From a virus (lineage: Duplodnaviria > Caudoviricetes): 64,000 nucleotides of DNA. The stretch's first letter is position 1. Each line of letters begins with the position of its first letter. Below the pieces are notes generated by a model, which saw nothing but the letters and a program-made list of their open reading frames with translations, was not told where the DNA came from and did no database searches. Both the position numbers and the translations under genes were made by a program. The DNA lies in IMG/VR virus record IMGVR_UViG_3300028048_000081, positions 60,242 to 124,241 of that record, one strand, 5' to 3'. Shown one piece after another: positions 37,626 through 47,542 of this stretch.

Positions 37626-39452
37626 ATGATAAATGTTATCCAAAATAAAGATAAATATGAGATATCCTTTCCATATGACCCAGATATTGTATCAAGAGTG
37701 AAGAATGTTCCTGGAAGAACATGGATTCCAGATAAAAAAGTGTGGACAATACAAAAAGAGAAGCTCGGATTCTTCTTGAGTCAGATAAGAGGGTCGATAT
37801 ATGAATCGGAAGTTCATATATACTCTAATGAGGATATCAATAAGAATGAAAATTTAGAGTCAACATATACAATTCCAGATATAGATCTGAAGGGTGAGAA
37901 GTTCAGAGTAAAGGAAGGGTTTGAACCATATAAGCATCAGATAGATTTTTTCAAGTATGCAATAGATAGAGAGCAGAAAGGAAATATGAATGGATTTCTG
38001 CTTGCTGATGAGCAAGGACTCAGTAAGAGTGCTGAAACAATAAATATAGCACTTTATAATAAGAAACATTATGGGTTCAAACATTGTTTAATAATATGCT
38101 GTGTCAATACAGCAAAATTCACATGGAAGAATGAGATAAATATTCATACGAATGGTGAATACGAAGGTTATATATTAGGTACTAGGTTTAAACGTGATAA
38201 AGTTACAAAGAAGTATGATTCTTCTAGTTTACAGAAATATGAAGATATAAGCAGTATGAAAAAATATGGAAAGGATGAAGAAGATCTTCCATATTTTATC
38301 ATTATAAATATTGAAGCATTAAGATATAAATCTAAAAAGAAATATCCGATTGTTGATAGAATAATAGAACTTGTAAATTCACATGAAATAAATATGATTG
38401 CGATGGATGAAGTTCATAAGAATATATCTCCACAATCTATGCAAGGAAAGCAGATACTTAGAATAAAAAGGAGTACTGATAACAATGCTGAATGGATACC
38501 AATGACAGGAACACCTATAACAAATAAACCTACTGACCTTTTCTTGCCATTGAGGGTAATAAATGGCCATACATGTAATAGTTACTGGAATTGGTGTCAG
38601 GACTTTTGTATATATGGAGGATACGGAGGATATGAAATAGTAGGGTATAAAAATATGCCAAAACTTAAAGCGATGCTTCAAGGAAACATGATAAGAAGAT
38701 TGAAATCTGAAGTTCTAGATCTTCCTCCTAAGATACAGTATACAGAATATGTAGAAAATACAGAATACCAAAATAAACTTTATCAGGATGTTCTTAAAGA
38801 TGTTATATCTCATAAAGAAGAAATAGTAGAATCTTTGAATCCTATGACACAACTACTTAGATTGCGTCAAGTAAACGGAAGTCCAGAAATTGTGGATGAA
38901 GAATTGAATGTAGATACGGATTATTTAAAGAAGAATGCGAAGTTGATACGATTACTTGAGTTACTTGAAGAAATTCATGAACGTAATGAAAAAGTACTTA
39001 TATTTTCAAACTGGGTAGAACCGTTAAGAACCTTGTATAAGTTTGTATCTCAGAAATATAAAGTATGTGCCTATACAGGTACAATGAAGTCTGAAGATAG
39101 AGAAAAATCAAAACAGAAATTCATGGATGATCCGAAGTATACAGTTATGCTTGGTACTGTTGGCGCTATGGGTACAACAGTAACATTAACTGCTGCACAG
39201 AATATCATATTTTATGATGAACCTTGGACTCCAGCAGATAAAGAACAAGCAGAAGATAGAATACACAGAATCGGTACCACATCTTCTGTAAACATATATT
39301 CGTTATTAACTATAAATACTATAGATGAAAGAGTACACGATATATTGTATAATAAGAAAGGTGTTTCAAATTTCATCATAGATAACAAGATAGATCTTCA
39401 TAAAGATCCAAAATTGTTTGATTTACTTTTAGGTCATGATAAGGAGATGTAA
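37626..39452 (+). CDS. SNF2/SWI2-family helicase with N-terminal HARP-like domain
   Basis: FPYD....VK..PGRTW.P..KVW (HARP); LADEQGLSKS, DEVH, MTGTP, QAEDRIHRIG. Confidence 0.9.
   Translation: MINVIQNKDKYEISFPYDPDIVSRVKNVPGRTWIPDKKVWTIQKEKLGFFLSQIRGSIYESEVHIYSNEDINKNENLESTYTIPDIDLKGEKFRVKEGFEPYKHQIDFFKYAIDREQKGNMNGFLLADEQGLSKSAETINIALYNKKHYGFKHCLIICCVNTAKFTWKNEINIHTNGEYEGYILGTRFKRDKVTKKYDSSSLQKYEDISSMKKYGKDEEDLPYFIIINIEALRYKSKKKYPIVDRIIELVNSHEINMIAMDEVHKNISPQSMQGKQILRIKRSTDNNAEWIPMTGTPITNKPTDLFLPLRVINGHTCNSYWNWCQDFCIYGGYGGYEIVGYKNMPKLKAMLQGNMIRRLKSEVLDLPPKIQYTEYVENTEYQNKLYQDVLKDVISHKEEIVESLNPMTQLLRLRQVNGSPEIVDEELNVDTDYLKKNAKLIRLLELLEEIHERNEKVLIFSNWVEPLRTLYKFVSQKYKVCAYTGTMKSEDREKSKQKFMDDPKYTVMLGTVGAMGTTVTLTAAQNIIFYDEPWTPADKEQAEDRIHRIGTTSSVNIYSLLTINTIDERVHDILYNKKGVSNFIIDNKIDLHKDPKLFDLLLGHDKEM
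39028..39039 (+). promoter_or_regulatory. Putative late promoter GAACCTTGTATA inside the 3' end of the SNF2 gene
   Basis: Exact motif about 415 nt upstream of the acidic leader-bearing cluster. Confidence 0.55.
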
Positions 39453-39453
39453 A

Positions 39454-40296
39454 ATGAAAATAGTATCAAGCAAAAGAGATGATATTCTGAAGGAAAAGGC
39501 AGAATATGAAGAACAGATGTCGAAGTATAATGAGGCGGATAAAGAAAGGAACCGTAGAAGAATTTCAGATGAACAAGCTGCTGCAGCTCCAGTTGAAAAT
39601 TATCTTAAATCAGAATTGAGCAAATTTAATCTTCTTTCATTCCAGATAGGTGTAGATAGAGGGTATGATTGGGAAGATGAGGACCCAATGAGTTTAGATA
39701 GCCTTGAGGTTAGAATTCGTTGTAACGATGACAACAAATTTGACGAAAATGTTGCGCTTACTTGGTCTTATGATGTTTCTATTTCTGGAGGAAAGGTCAA
39801 ATCCGAAACATCATCCTGGTCCGGAATGAACGCTGTAACACCAGAACAACTTGATTCTCTTAAGCAAACAGTTTCCGCAATTGAATTTCTTCAGAGTGTA
39901 GATTGGGAGGGAATGATAAAAGATAAACTTCCGTCCTCTATTGAATATTATAAAGATATGCCATCTAGGCCTAAGAATAGAGATTTCGATAGAGAACTTC
40001 TTGAGGAAGATATAAGAGATTCTTTTGGAAAGGGAATTGGATTCAAAGGAAGAGAGATGGTTGAATACGAATCTCGTTGGAATCGTCCTTCTACAGGATA
40101 TTATTTCTTCTATGGAGAAACTAAAACACAATACAGATGCGTATTTGTAGATACATATTATATTAATAATAGTGACGATTTAAGTAGTTGGTTAGAGCCT
40201 AGAAGAATGAAGAAATCTAATGTTATCAGTGCTATCATAGGAAATGCAAAAGATCCTGATTTCAATATAACAGTAGATTCTCTGAAGAAGGAGTAA
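39454..40296 (+). CDS. Hypothetical protein with leader MKIVSS
   Basis: TAAGGAG RBS before ATG 39454. Confidence 0.75.
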   Translation: MKIVSSKRDDILKEKAEYEEQMSKYNEADKERNRRRISDEQAAAAPVENYLKSELSKFNLLSFQIGVDRGYDWEDEDPMSLDSLEVRIRCNDDNKFDENVALTWSYDVSISGGKVKSETSSWSGMNAVTPEQLDSLKQTVSAIEFLQSVDWEGMIKDKLPSSIEYYKDMPSRPKNRDFDRELLEEDIRDSFGKGIGFKGREMVEYESRWNRPSTGYYFFYGETKTQYRCVFVDTYYINNSDDLSSWLEPRRMKKSNVISAIIGNAKDPDFNITVDSLKKE

Positions 40297-40300
40297 TAAT

Positions 40301-40516
40301 ATGAAAAGATTAAGCAGAATAAATGCTGCGGCAGGAGATGAAAGTAAGCTTCAAGAAGCGATATCTGATCTTAAAGACGATTTTGATTACATATTAAGTG
40401 GATTAGATAAATTAGACAGATCTGGGGCTGAAGCTTCTAACGAAGGATTGATAATTGCAGAAAATCTTCAATCAGATTTTCAAGATACAATATCTAAAAT
40501 AGCAGATAATATTTAA
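40301..40516 (+). CDS. Small helical protein with leader MKRLSRINAA
   Basis: AAGGAG RBS. Confidence 0.75.
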   Translation: MKRLSRINAAAGDESKLQEAISDLKDDFDYILSGLDKLDRSGAEASNEGLIIAENLQSDFQDTISKIADNI

Positions 40517-40530
40517 GTGAGAGGTATGGT

Positions 40531-41184
40531 ATGAAGAGTATGAAAAAGGGCAGTCCGGAGAAATTTTTGGATGCTTTAGAAAATAAGATACAAGATCTTT
40601 CTTCGGGTACAAATTGCAAGGGCTGTGATAAAATTGAATCCGCTTCTGATGATGAAGATTATGAATTAAAATTAGAAGAGGCAAGGTCAGGATTCTTTAA
40701 TAGAGGATTTGATACAAATGATCCAACTATTAAGAGGATGATTGAAGATGCAGCACAAGAACTTTGGTTCGGAAGAGATGAAGAATACACTATAGATGAT
40801 TGGTTTCGAGACACAGAAGAAAATTATCCTGAATATTTTGATGAAATTGAAGGTTGCGGTAGCATTGAATCTGCTGAAGATATATCAGAATTAGATGGTA
40901 TGCAAGAAATAATTGATGATACTATTCGAGCTGCAACAGAAGAAATATATGGTCGTCATTATATGATAGATGATGTTGATATGGAATACAATTCTGAATA
41001 TGATTCAATTTCAACTACAGTTACATTAGATGAAGATCATGATTCTCAAATATTTGATTTTGCTATGCCGTTGGATCAATTAGTATTAGATCCAGATGGA
41101 GATTCAATAACTGATGATGCAGATGTTATCGCAGATGATATTGACGCAGAATTAGATGAAATAGAAGAAGGACAATTGATATGA
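40531..41184 (+). CDS. Very acidic multi-module protein (KGSPxKFL N-terminal module)
   Basis: N-terminus shared with the next gene; internal IESA motifs x2. Confidence 0.75.
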   Translation: MKSMKKGSPEKFLDALENKIQDLSSGTNCKGCDKIESASDDEDYELKLEEARSGFFNRGFDTNDPTIKRMIEDAAQELWFGRDEEYTIDDWFRDTEENYPEYFDEIEGCGSIESAEDISELDGMQEIIDDTIRAATEEIYGRHYMIDDVDMEYNSEYDSISTTVTLDEDHDSQIFDFAMPLDQLVLDPDGDSITDDADVIADDIDAELDEIEEGQLI

Positions 41185-42251
41185 GTAAAATAAACCAAAA
41201 AGGGAGTCCCGCTAAATTCTTGAGTATTCTTCAAAATAGAATACAAGAATTATCTGCTTCAGAAGATATAATGTCTTCCGATACTGGCGAGAATCAAGAA
41301 CTTAGTAAGGAAGAAATTATTGATTGGCTTGCAGATCACAATCAGGTTTGGGAAGATATATGTGATTATTTTGGAACAGAAAATATTGAAAATCTAAGTT
41401 ATGATGAAATTTTAGATTGGATATACAATCACGATCAATTATCTGAAGATTTTGAAATGCATTTTGGTTATCCTGTAGATGATGAATTCTGGAATGTAGA
41501 GGAATGTGATAAGATAACTTCTGCAGTAGAAATTACAGATGATTATGTAGAAGAATTAGAGAAGGATGTCGAAGAAAAATTAGATTCAGGATATATAGTA
41601 TGGGATAAGTCAGAAGATGCTTTATTCGCTATGGTCAATACAGATTTAACTAGGGGAGATGTCGGCATTGAAGGAGATCCTGAAACTGAATGGATATTTG
41701 AATTGACTTATGATTTTGATGAACTTGATGAAGATCCAGAAAAACAATCAGAAGAAATAATAGAAGAAATAAACAGCATAATTGAAAATCCTGAAATAAT
41801 AAATGATGAAGATATTCAGCCTGTTGATGAGTCCGAAGATATAATGGCATCTGAAGAATTTGTAAGGCCTCCAGAAAATAATGTATACTGGTACTTTACA
41901 AAGCATGGAATTGGTCCGGGATCTGTTCCAAAAGGATTGGATATATTAGATACAGCATATATGCCGGAGGGGGATTATTTCTTAACAGATGTTATTCTCA
42001 CAACAGATTCGTTAAATAAATATGATATAAAAGAAGCTGTACCTAAAACAAGATATTTCAAAGTAATGAAATATACTCCTGGAAGTTTAGAGGACGGAAT
42101 ATCAGGAGATGAATTTGCAGAAACTTTAACATCTGCAAATGATACAAAAGAGGCATTTGAAAAGTTCCAAAATATGGGATTGTATGATATATCTATTGAA
42201 GATATTCTTCCTGCAGATGAGCAAGAATATCGTGATTGGTACACTCATTAA
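41181..42251 (+). CDS. Very acidic multi-module protein with a DarA_C-like module
   Basis: KGSPAKFL N-terminus; IMSS/ITSA/IMAS linkers; YWYFTKHGIGPGSVPKG...LT....KYDI. Confidence 0.65.
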   Translation: MSKINQKGSPAKFLSILQNRIQELSASEDIMSSDTGENQELSKEEIIDWLADHNQVWEDICDYFGTENIENLSYDEILDWIYNHDQLSEDFEMHFGYPVDDEFWNVEECDKITSAVEITDDYVEELEKDVEEKLDSGYIVWDKSEDALFAMVNTDLTRGDVGIEGDPETEWIFELTYDFDELDEDPEKQSEEIIEEINSIIENPEIINDEDIQPVDESEDIMASEEFVRPPENNVYWYFTKHGIGPGSVPKGLDILDTAYMPEGDYFLTDVILTTDSLNKYDIKEAVPKTRYFKVMKYTPGSLEDGISGDEFAETLTSANDTKEAFEKFQNMGLYDISIEDILPADEQEYRDWYTH

Positions 42252-42260
42252 GATAGGAGG

Positions 42261-42506
42261 ATGAAAATGAAAAGGGTAGTATCTAATGAAGGCTACAATA
42301 TAAACGAAGATTATGATATCGAATATGATATAACAACACTTCATACCATGCTGAAACATGCAATGGAGCATATATCTGGTATGGAAGATAAGTATTGGAA
42401 TGACGATTCTGTTAAAGATGAAATTGAATCTGTTCAAAAATGTTATGATCTTCTTATGGCTTGTGATAATAATCTTGCTAAATTTTTAGGTATGTGGGAG
42501 AAGTAG
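42261..42506 (+). CDS. Hypothetical protein with leader MKMKRVVSN
   Basis: AGGAGG RBS. Confidence 0.7.
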   Translation: MKMKRVVSNEGYNINEDYDIEYDITTLHTMLKHAMEHISGMEDKYWNDDSVKDEIESVQKCYDLLMACDNNLAKFLGMWEK

Positions 42507-42508
42507 AT

Positions 42509-43078
42509 ATGAATCATAAAGTACGTTGTTCGGAAGAAGAATTTAATCCCGAAGAATATGAGGGCGGCTATACCGAATGGGAACTAGTAAAACAAAAATC
42601 TGTAAAGGATACAGATGGATTCTATACAGATTATAATATGTGGTACAATGAATTTGAAGACAAATATGTTTTTACATTCGGAGATAGTGATATATATTAT
42701 CCAGAAAATTCAGATGCTGATTGGGAATGTGAAAATAGAGAAGAAGCAGAAGAATGGTTTAACTCTTACGAAAGTCCTGATGACGAAGAAGATGTGTATT
42801 CTTCTGAAGGTTCTAGAAAATTAGATGCAACTGAAATAGTACAAGATATGTATAGAAACTTTCCAAATGTTAATTTCATTGGAGAGGTGGATCTAGACAA
42901 TTCAGTTAATTTGATGTTTGAATGCAAGTCAGATCCTAAATCAAATGATGAGGAATTTGATAGAATATTAGAAAAAATAGATTCATATGGATATGACTAT
43001 GAATATGATGATAATAATAGACAAGTTAAACATATTCAAATAAATGGTGTTCCAGAAGTTGTAGAAGATATTAATTAG
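42509..43078 (+). CDS. Acidic two-module protein with leader MNHKVRCS
   Basis: GGGAG RBS before ATG 42509; internal VYSS. Confidence 0.7.
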   Translation: MNHKVRCSEEEFNPEEYEGGYTEWELVKQKSVKDTDGFYTDYNMWYNEFEDKYVFTFGDSDIYYPENSDADWECENREEAEEWFNSYESPDDEEDVYSSEGSRKLDATEIVQDMYRNFPNVNFIGEVDLDNSVNLMFECKSDPKSNDEEFDRILEKIDSYGYDYEYDDNNRQVKHIQINGVPEVVEDIN

Positions 43079-43096
43079 TTTATATCGGAGGAAGAA

Positions 43097-43303
43097 ATGG
43101 ATATAAGAAACAAGTTATATGAGTACATTGATGAATTAGTTGCAGATATTGAAGACAACCTTGTTCAAAGAGCAAGTTCAAGATTTAAAGATTACGATCC
43201 CGATTGGGCAGGGGAAGAAACAGACATTGATTATGATGCAGCAAGAGAAGAGTTCATAAATACTACAATAGATTATCTTCTCAAATATTATGATGAGAGG
43301 TAG
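43097..43303 (+). CDS. Small acidic hypothetical protein
   Basis: GGAGG RBS. Confidence 0.7.
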   Translation: MDIRNKLYEYIDELVADIEDNLVQRASSRFKDYDPDWAGEETDIDYDAAREEFINTTIDYLLKYYDER

Positions 43304-43307
43304 TAAT

Positions 43308-43520
43308 ATGAAAAGGATAGCTTCTAGCAGTAGCAGAAATAGAGTTGTAAGTGTAAATATCGATGTAGTAGCTCCTGTAGAATTTAGTATGCAGGAGATA
43401 GAAGATATTATTGGGGATGCTCAATTATCTGATCAAAGAGTTGGTATACTTGAAGCAGATGTTAAGAAGGATATTACATACGAATACGAAAATGATTATG
43501 GCATAGATGTAAATGAATGA
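43308..43520 (+). CDS. Small protein with leader MKRIASS
   Basis: GAGGT RBS before ATG 43308. Confidence 0.7.
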   Translation: MKRIASSSSRNRVVSVNIDVVAPVEFSMQEIEDIIGDAQLSDQRVGILEADVKKDITYEYENDYGIDVNE

Positions 43521-43983
43521 TGGTCTTGGCAAGAAAGCAGAACAGAAGATCAAAGAATGGTTAGATAGACCCGAGGAAGGTTACTGTTTCGACAGAATAC
43601 CTGATCAGCTCACAGGATTTTGGGGAAGTAAAAATATATGTGATTTCGTATTATTTAAATCCCCAGAATTCTATTATATAGAATCAAAAGCAACTTGGGA
43701 AGATAGATTTGATTTCAGTAGGATAACTGATTATCAATTTGATCATCTGCTTGAAAAATCTAAAATAGATCATGTACATGGAATAGTGATTGTCTTATTT
43801 GCAACTCACAAAAGGGCATTCATATTTGATATAAGAGATATAGATAGAGCAAAACAAGATAATATCAAGTCGGTTAATATCAAGAAGCTAGACAAGTGGA
43901 AGATTCCATATAGAGAAATAAAGACCATTCCAAACAATAGAAAAAAGTTTTTAGATTACAGAAACGAGGACAATGTATTATGA
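43513..43983 (+). CDS. recU: Holliday junction resolvase, RecU-like
   Basis: GKKAE..I...RIPD....NICDF......YIESKAT (PD-(D/E)xK), Q...L, GIVIVLF. Confidence 0.75.
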   Translation: MNDGLGKKAEQKIKEWLDRPEEGYCFDRIPDQLTGFWGSKNICDFVLFKSPEFYYIESKATWEDRFDFSRITDYQFDHLLEKSKIDHVHGIVIVLFATHKRAFIFDIRDIDRAKQDNIKSVNIKKLDKWKIPYREIKTIPNNRKKFLDYRNEDNVL

Positions 43984-44240
43984 ATAATCACGAAAATATA
44001 TCAGAATTTGAACAGTATGTGGATGACATACTGTATGATATATGGCAAGACAATACAGAACATCAGGATGAACCACCGTACATTGAAGATGTAAAAAATG
44101 TAGTTGAGGATGTAGTAGAAACTGATATTAATTCGGGTTACTGCGATGATAATATGATTTGGTATCCAGAAGATTATGGCCACAGAAAAAGATTAGTGGA
44201 TGATTATGTAAATGTTCACTATTATGATTATGAATGGTGA
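43980..44240 (+). CDS. Acidic hypothetical protein
   Basis: Coupled ORF, GAGG RBS. Confidence 0.65.
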   Translation: MNNHENISEFEQYVDDILYDIWQDNTEHQDEPPYIEDVKNVVEDVVETDINSGYCDDNMIWYPEDYGHRKRLVDDYVNVHYYDYEW

Positions 44241-44311
44241 TACCAGCTTCAATGCTGTTATCATATAGGTGAAACCTACCTAAAGGTTCTGTTTCATTCA
44301 ATTTCCATCCT

Positions 44312-44337
44312 AAAAGACGCGAGAAATCGCGTCTTTT
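44312..44337 (+). terminator. Rho-independent (bidirectional-type) terminator
   Basis: AAAAGACGCGA-gaaa-TCGCGTCTTTT. Confidence 0.85.
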
Positions 44338-44343
44338 AATTTA

Positions 44344-44358
44344 GAATCGTTAATATTA
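44344..44358 (+). promoter_or_regulatory. ATCGTTAAT-class motif (putative middle promoter)
   Basis: GAATCGTTAATATTA right after a terminator and before the HD operon. Confidence 0.55.
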
Positions 44359-44397
44359 CTAGACCTAATAATTTAGTTTGTAAGGATGTGAAATCAT

Positions 44398-44646
44398 TTG
44401 GATGTAAGATTATATTGTAATAAACATAAACACAAAGCATACTTGGAAATAGTGCCAGGATTGATTATGTATGCACATGGTATAGTAGAAAATAAACTTT
44501 ACATATCTATACATATTCATGATCAAGATACAAAGTATGAAAAGTTGGATGTACAAGAAAATAGTAAAGGTATGAAATATGTAGATTCAAGTATACTTGG
44601 AAGATTATGGTTTCATGACTTCAAGGTCGTTATGTATGATATGTAG
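44398..44646 (+). CDS. Hypothetical protein
   Basis: TTG start with AAGGA upstream. Confidence 0.55.
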   Translation: MDVRLYCNKHKHKAYLEIVPGLIMYAHGIVENKLYISIHIHDQDTKYEKLDVQENSKGMKYVDSSILGRLWFHDFKVVMYDM

Positions 44647-44657
44647 GAGGTATCAAT

Positions 44658-45614
44658 ATGTTTGATTTAGAGGAACTCAAAACAAAAAATAACAAATCTA
44701 CATTTCTTTACTGGTTCAAAAAGATTGATATGTTTACTTGGCAGATCTATGTAAATGATCAAGAAAATAAAGAATTCAAGGAGGTATGGGGTATGAAGAT
44801 TGATCCTCATACACTTACGCATATCAATGGAGATGATATTGTTTGCAATGACCCTGATTCCGAAAAAATAAAAGAAAACTTTATCCGGTTTAAAGAAACC
44901 AGGCCGGAGTATCTTGTTCAGTGCAATGAATTCAATCCGTATAAGAAAACAAGCATGATTAATCTGTACGAAGGATACCTTATTGGAAGTTTACTTCTGA
45001 AATGTTCTGTACATTCTCAAGAAGATGATTATGCGATTGATAAGATCAAAAGATGTTTGGAATGGTTAAGATCAACAGATTTCTATACTGCTCCTGCTTC
45101 TACTAGATTTCATTCACCAGTTCCAAGAGGACTTCTTCAGCATACTTTAGATGTAATATATGAATGTAAAGAATTATTGAAAACTGATATATTTAAATTT
45201 AAGGAAACCTCAAATCTTAAATCAAAGGATGTTGATGAATCTTCTGCAATATTAGTATCGGCAGTACATGATTGGTGCAAGATTGGGCTGTATGAAAAAT
45301 ATATGCGAAATGTAAAAAATGAAAACACAGGAGTTTGGGAATCTGTTCCGGCATACAGGTGTAAAGAATCTCCATTTACATGTTTTGGACACGGAGTATC
45401 ATCTATGTTTTTATGCCAGAAATTTTTCAAACTTACTACAGAAGAAGCATTAGCAATAAGATGGCACATGGGCGTATGGAGAGTTGCTGATGGAGATTTG
45501 AACGAACTTCAGCAAGCAAATGAAGAATATCCTTTGGTACATCTTATTCAATTTGCAGATCAGTTATCTATAACCAAATATGCTGTTCCGGAGGAAAATC
45601 ATGATATGTTTTAA
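44658..45614 (+). CDS. HD-domain phosphohydrolase with N-terminal extension
   Basis: DFYTAPASTRFH..GLLQH, HDWCKIG, GHG..S, AIRWHMG, QFAD. Confidence 0.85.
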   Translation: MFDLEELKTKNNKSTFLYWFKKIDMFTWQIYVNDQENKEFKEVWGMKIDPHTLTHINGDDIVCNDPDSEKIKENFIRFKETRPEYLVQCNEFNPYKKTSMINLYEGYLIGSLLLKCSVHSQEDDYAIDKIKRCLEWLRSTDFYTAPASTRFHSPVPRGLLQHTLDVIYECKELLKTDIFKFKETSNLKSKDVDESSAILVSAVHDWCKIGLYEKYMRNVKNENTGVWESVPAYRCKESPFTCFGHGVSSMFLCQKFFKLTTEEALAIRWHMGVWRVADGDLNELQQANEEYPLVHLIQFADQLSITKYAVPEENHDMF

Positions 45615-45801
45615 AAGATGTAAGTACTGCGGAAAGTATATGGTTCCAATGATGTATACTACTTGCGGAATTATATGGAAGTGCCCGAAATGTGATAGAA
45701 TAAACTATCCTTGGGAGTATGAATATGCAAATACAGATGTATCCTTGTCGTGGGATACATTATCAGATGAAGATGGAAGATATGGTGATGATTATGAATA
45801 A
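45601..45801 (+). CDS. Small zinc-ribbon protein
   Basis: CKYC...CPKC; GGAGG RBS. Confidence 0.65.
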   Translation: MICFKRCKYCGKYMVPMMYTTCGIIWKCPKCDRINYPWEYEYANTDVSLSWDTLSDEDGRYGDDYE

Positions 45802-46090
45802 TAAAGAAGAACAATTGGATAAGGAGCTTGAAAATATTCAAAAAGGATTGAGGGAAATATCTAAAGTAGAAAATTACCTGAAAGATCACAATATAGAATA
45901 TGAGAAAAATATGATTTTTAACGGTATTCAGATTGCAACCAAAGATTGGGATGTTGTTTTTCATAAGTATGCTTATGGATACAAAAATGGATTGATGGAA
46001 GCATGTGGATCTATCTGCAGATTGAATGAAGATGTAGAAGGATGGCTGAGTGCTAAGGATATCATAGAGAGGTTAGAAAATAATAATTAG
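45794..46090 (+). CDS. Hypothetical phage protein
   Basis: WDVVFH...YG...GLME.......DVEGWLSA common phage motif; start uncertain. Confidence 0.6.
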   Translation: MNNKEEQLDKELENIQKGLREISKVENYLKDHNIEYEKNMIFNGIQIATKDWDVVFHKYAYGYKNGLMEACGSICRLNEDVEGWLSAKDIIERLENNN

Positions 46091-46101
46091 AACCTTTTAT
46101 A
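46090..46101 (+). promoter_or_regulatory. Putative late promoter GAACCTTTTATA
   Basis: Exact motif 22 nt before a leader-bearing gene. Confidence 0.7.
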
Positions 46102-46122
46102 TATCCGAAAGGAGGCATCACT

Positions 46123-46485
46123 ATGAAAATTAAAAAATCCCGTATAGTTGCTGCCGATGATGATTTTGATTTTGGGGATCCCGCAGAAGATCGTCCGGAT
46201 CCTGATGATTTTGATCAAGATGATCTTGGGGATTCAATAGATGATATGCAAGATACTCTTGAGGACATGGAAGACAACATAGATGAAATAACTGAAGATG
46301 ATGAAAATATTGAAACAGATAACAATATTTCAAATCACTACATTGCAGAATGTGAAAAATGCCATGGAATATTTATTTCTGCAGTTATTGAATCTGATGA
46401 ACCTGTAGAAAGCATTCATGGAAAATGTCCATTATGCGATAAAGATTCTGAACAGTTCCTCAAGTGGGTAGTAAAGGATGCTTAG
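46123..46485 (+). CDS. Acidic protein with leader MKIKKSRIVAA and C-terminal Zn ribbon
   Basis: AAAGGAGG RBS; CEKC...CPLC. Confidence 0.8.
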   Translation: MKIKKSRIVAADDDFDFGDPAEDRPDPDDFDQDDLGDSIDDMQDTLEDMEDNIDEITEDDENIETDNNISNHYIAECEKCHGIFISAVIESDEPVESIHGKCPLCDKDSEQFLKWVVKDA

Positions 46486-46629
46486 ATGTACAAGATAAAA
46501 GTTTGCCCTTTGTGCCATCAATTATTCATATCCAATATTGATGGAAATCAGTATTTCTTTCAGAATAACTGCGGTCAAATGATAGAATATTGCGGAGGGG
46601 AACAGCCCATACAGGAAAGATATTTATAA
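46486..46629 (+). CDS. Small Cys-containing protein (47 aa; not in ORF track)
   Basis: MYKIKVCPLCHQLF...; fills the gap exactly; AAAGGA upstream. Confidence 0.5.
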   Translation: MYKIKVCPLCHQLFISNIDGNQYFFQNNCGQMIEYCGGEQPIQERYL

Positions 46630-46639
46630 GGAGATAAAA

Positions 46640-47533
46640 ATGAAGTTAGGGTTTGAAAAGGTAAAAGAACTTCTTCCAAAAATAAAACAAGAAATAAAAG
46701 ATAAAACAGTTAAGTTTTTAGAGAAGAACGGATTTCCTGAAGATGAAGCAGATGAGTGGTCTAGAGTAGATACAGACATAAAACATTCATCTGATGAATT
46801 TGGAGATTCAACAGCTATATACATTGAGGTTGGAGCAGAACTGTCATTAGATAGTATGTTTGATCTCAATGAAGAACTTAACCCAATTATTCAGAAGATC
46901 GATCCTGAAGCTTATTTTGAAGTTTACGAGCCAGGAATAACTGTTTGTTACATATGGTATAATGATTCCGAAATTGAAAATGTGGACTCATCCATCAATC
47001 TTGATGATTATGATGATGGATATGTAGAGATGCGAGATGGAGAACCTAATTTTGTATATGATAAACGTGAGGATGCGGAATCCGGTATCTACTACAGCAA
47101 ATTAGGAGATGCTGAATATGGATTAGGTAATCACGATTATAAACTTATGCGTTGGAAGAATAAGGAGCTTAAAGACATGAATTCAGCAACAAATACAGTA
47201 GGTATATCTGCATCTGCAGAAGGATCTGCATCAGATTTCTTTTCGGAGGATACATTACTTCAGTTTGCAGATACTGTAATATACGATGCAAAACAAGAGA
47301 TTCGAACAACTGTTGATTCTGAAATTGATATAGAATTACAAGATGTGTATATTGTAGATTACAATAGACTTGTTATTGATTTTACCGATAATATTCATGA
47401 CGATGAAGTACAATCTGTAGAAGCAAATATAGATATGGATAACATATCCGATGAGTCGGATCTTGAAAGACAATATAGTTGGCTTTCTGATGAAATCTGC
47501 AATATTTATTACAATGAAGTTCAGACACTTTAA
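46640..47533 (+). CDS. Acidic multi-module hypothetical protein
   Basis: AAGGAG RBS; internal VDSS and ISAS linkers. Confidence 0.7.
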   Translation: MKLGFEKVKELLPKIKQEIKDKTVKFLEKNGFPEDEADEWSRVDTDIKHSSDEFGDSTAIYIEVGAELSLDSMFDLNEELNPIIQKIDPEAYFEVYEPGITVCYIWYNDSEIENVDSSINLDDYDDGYVEMRDGEPNFVYDKREDAESGIYYSKLGDAEYGLGNHDYKLMRWKNKELKDMNSATNTVGISASAEGSASDFFSEDTLLQFADTVIYDAKQEIRTTVDSEIDIELQDVYIVDYNRLVIDFTDNIHDDEVQSVEANIDMDNISDESDLERQYSWLSDEICNIYYNEVQTL

Positions 47534-47542
47534 GGTGAAAAT

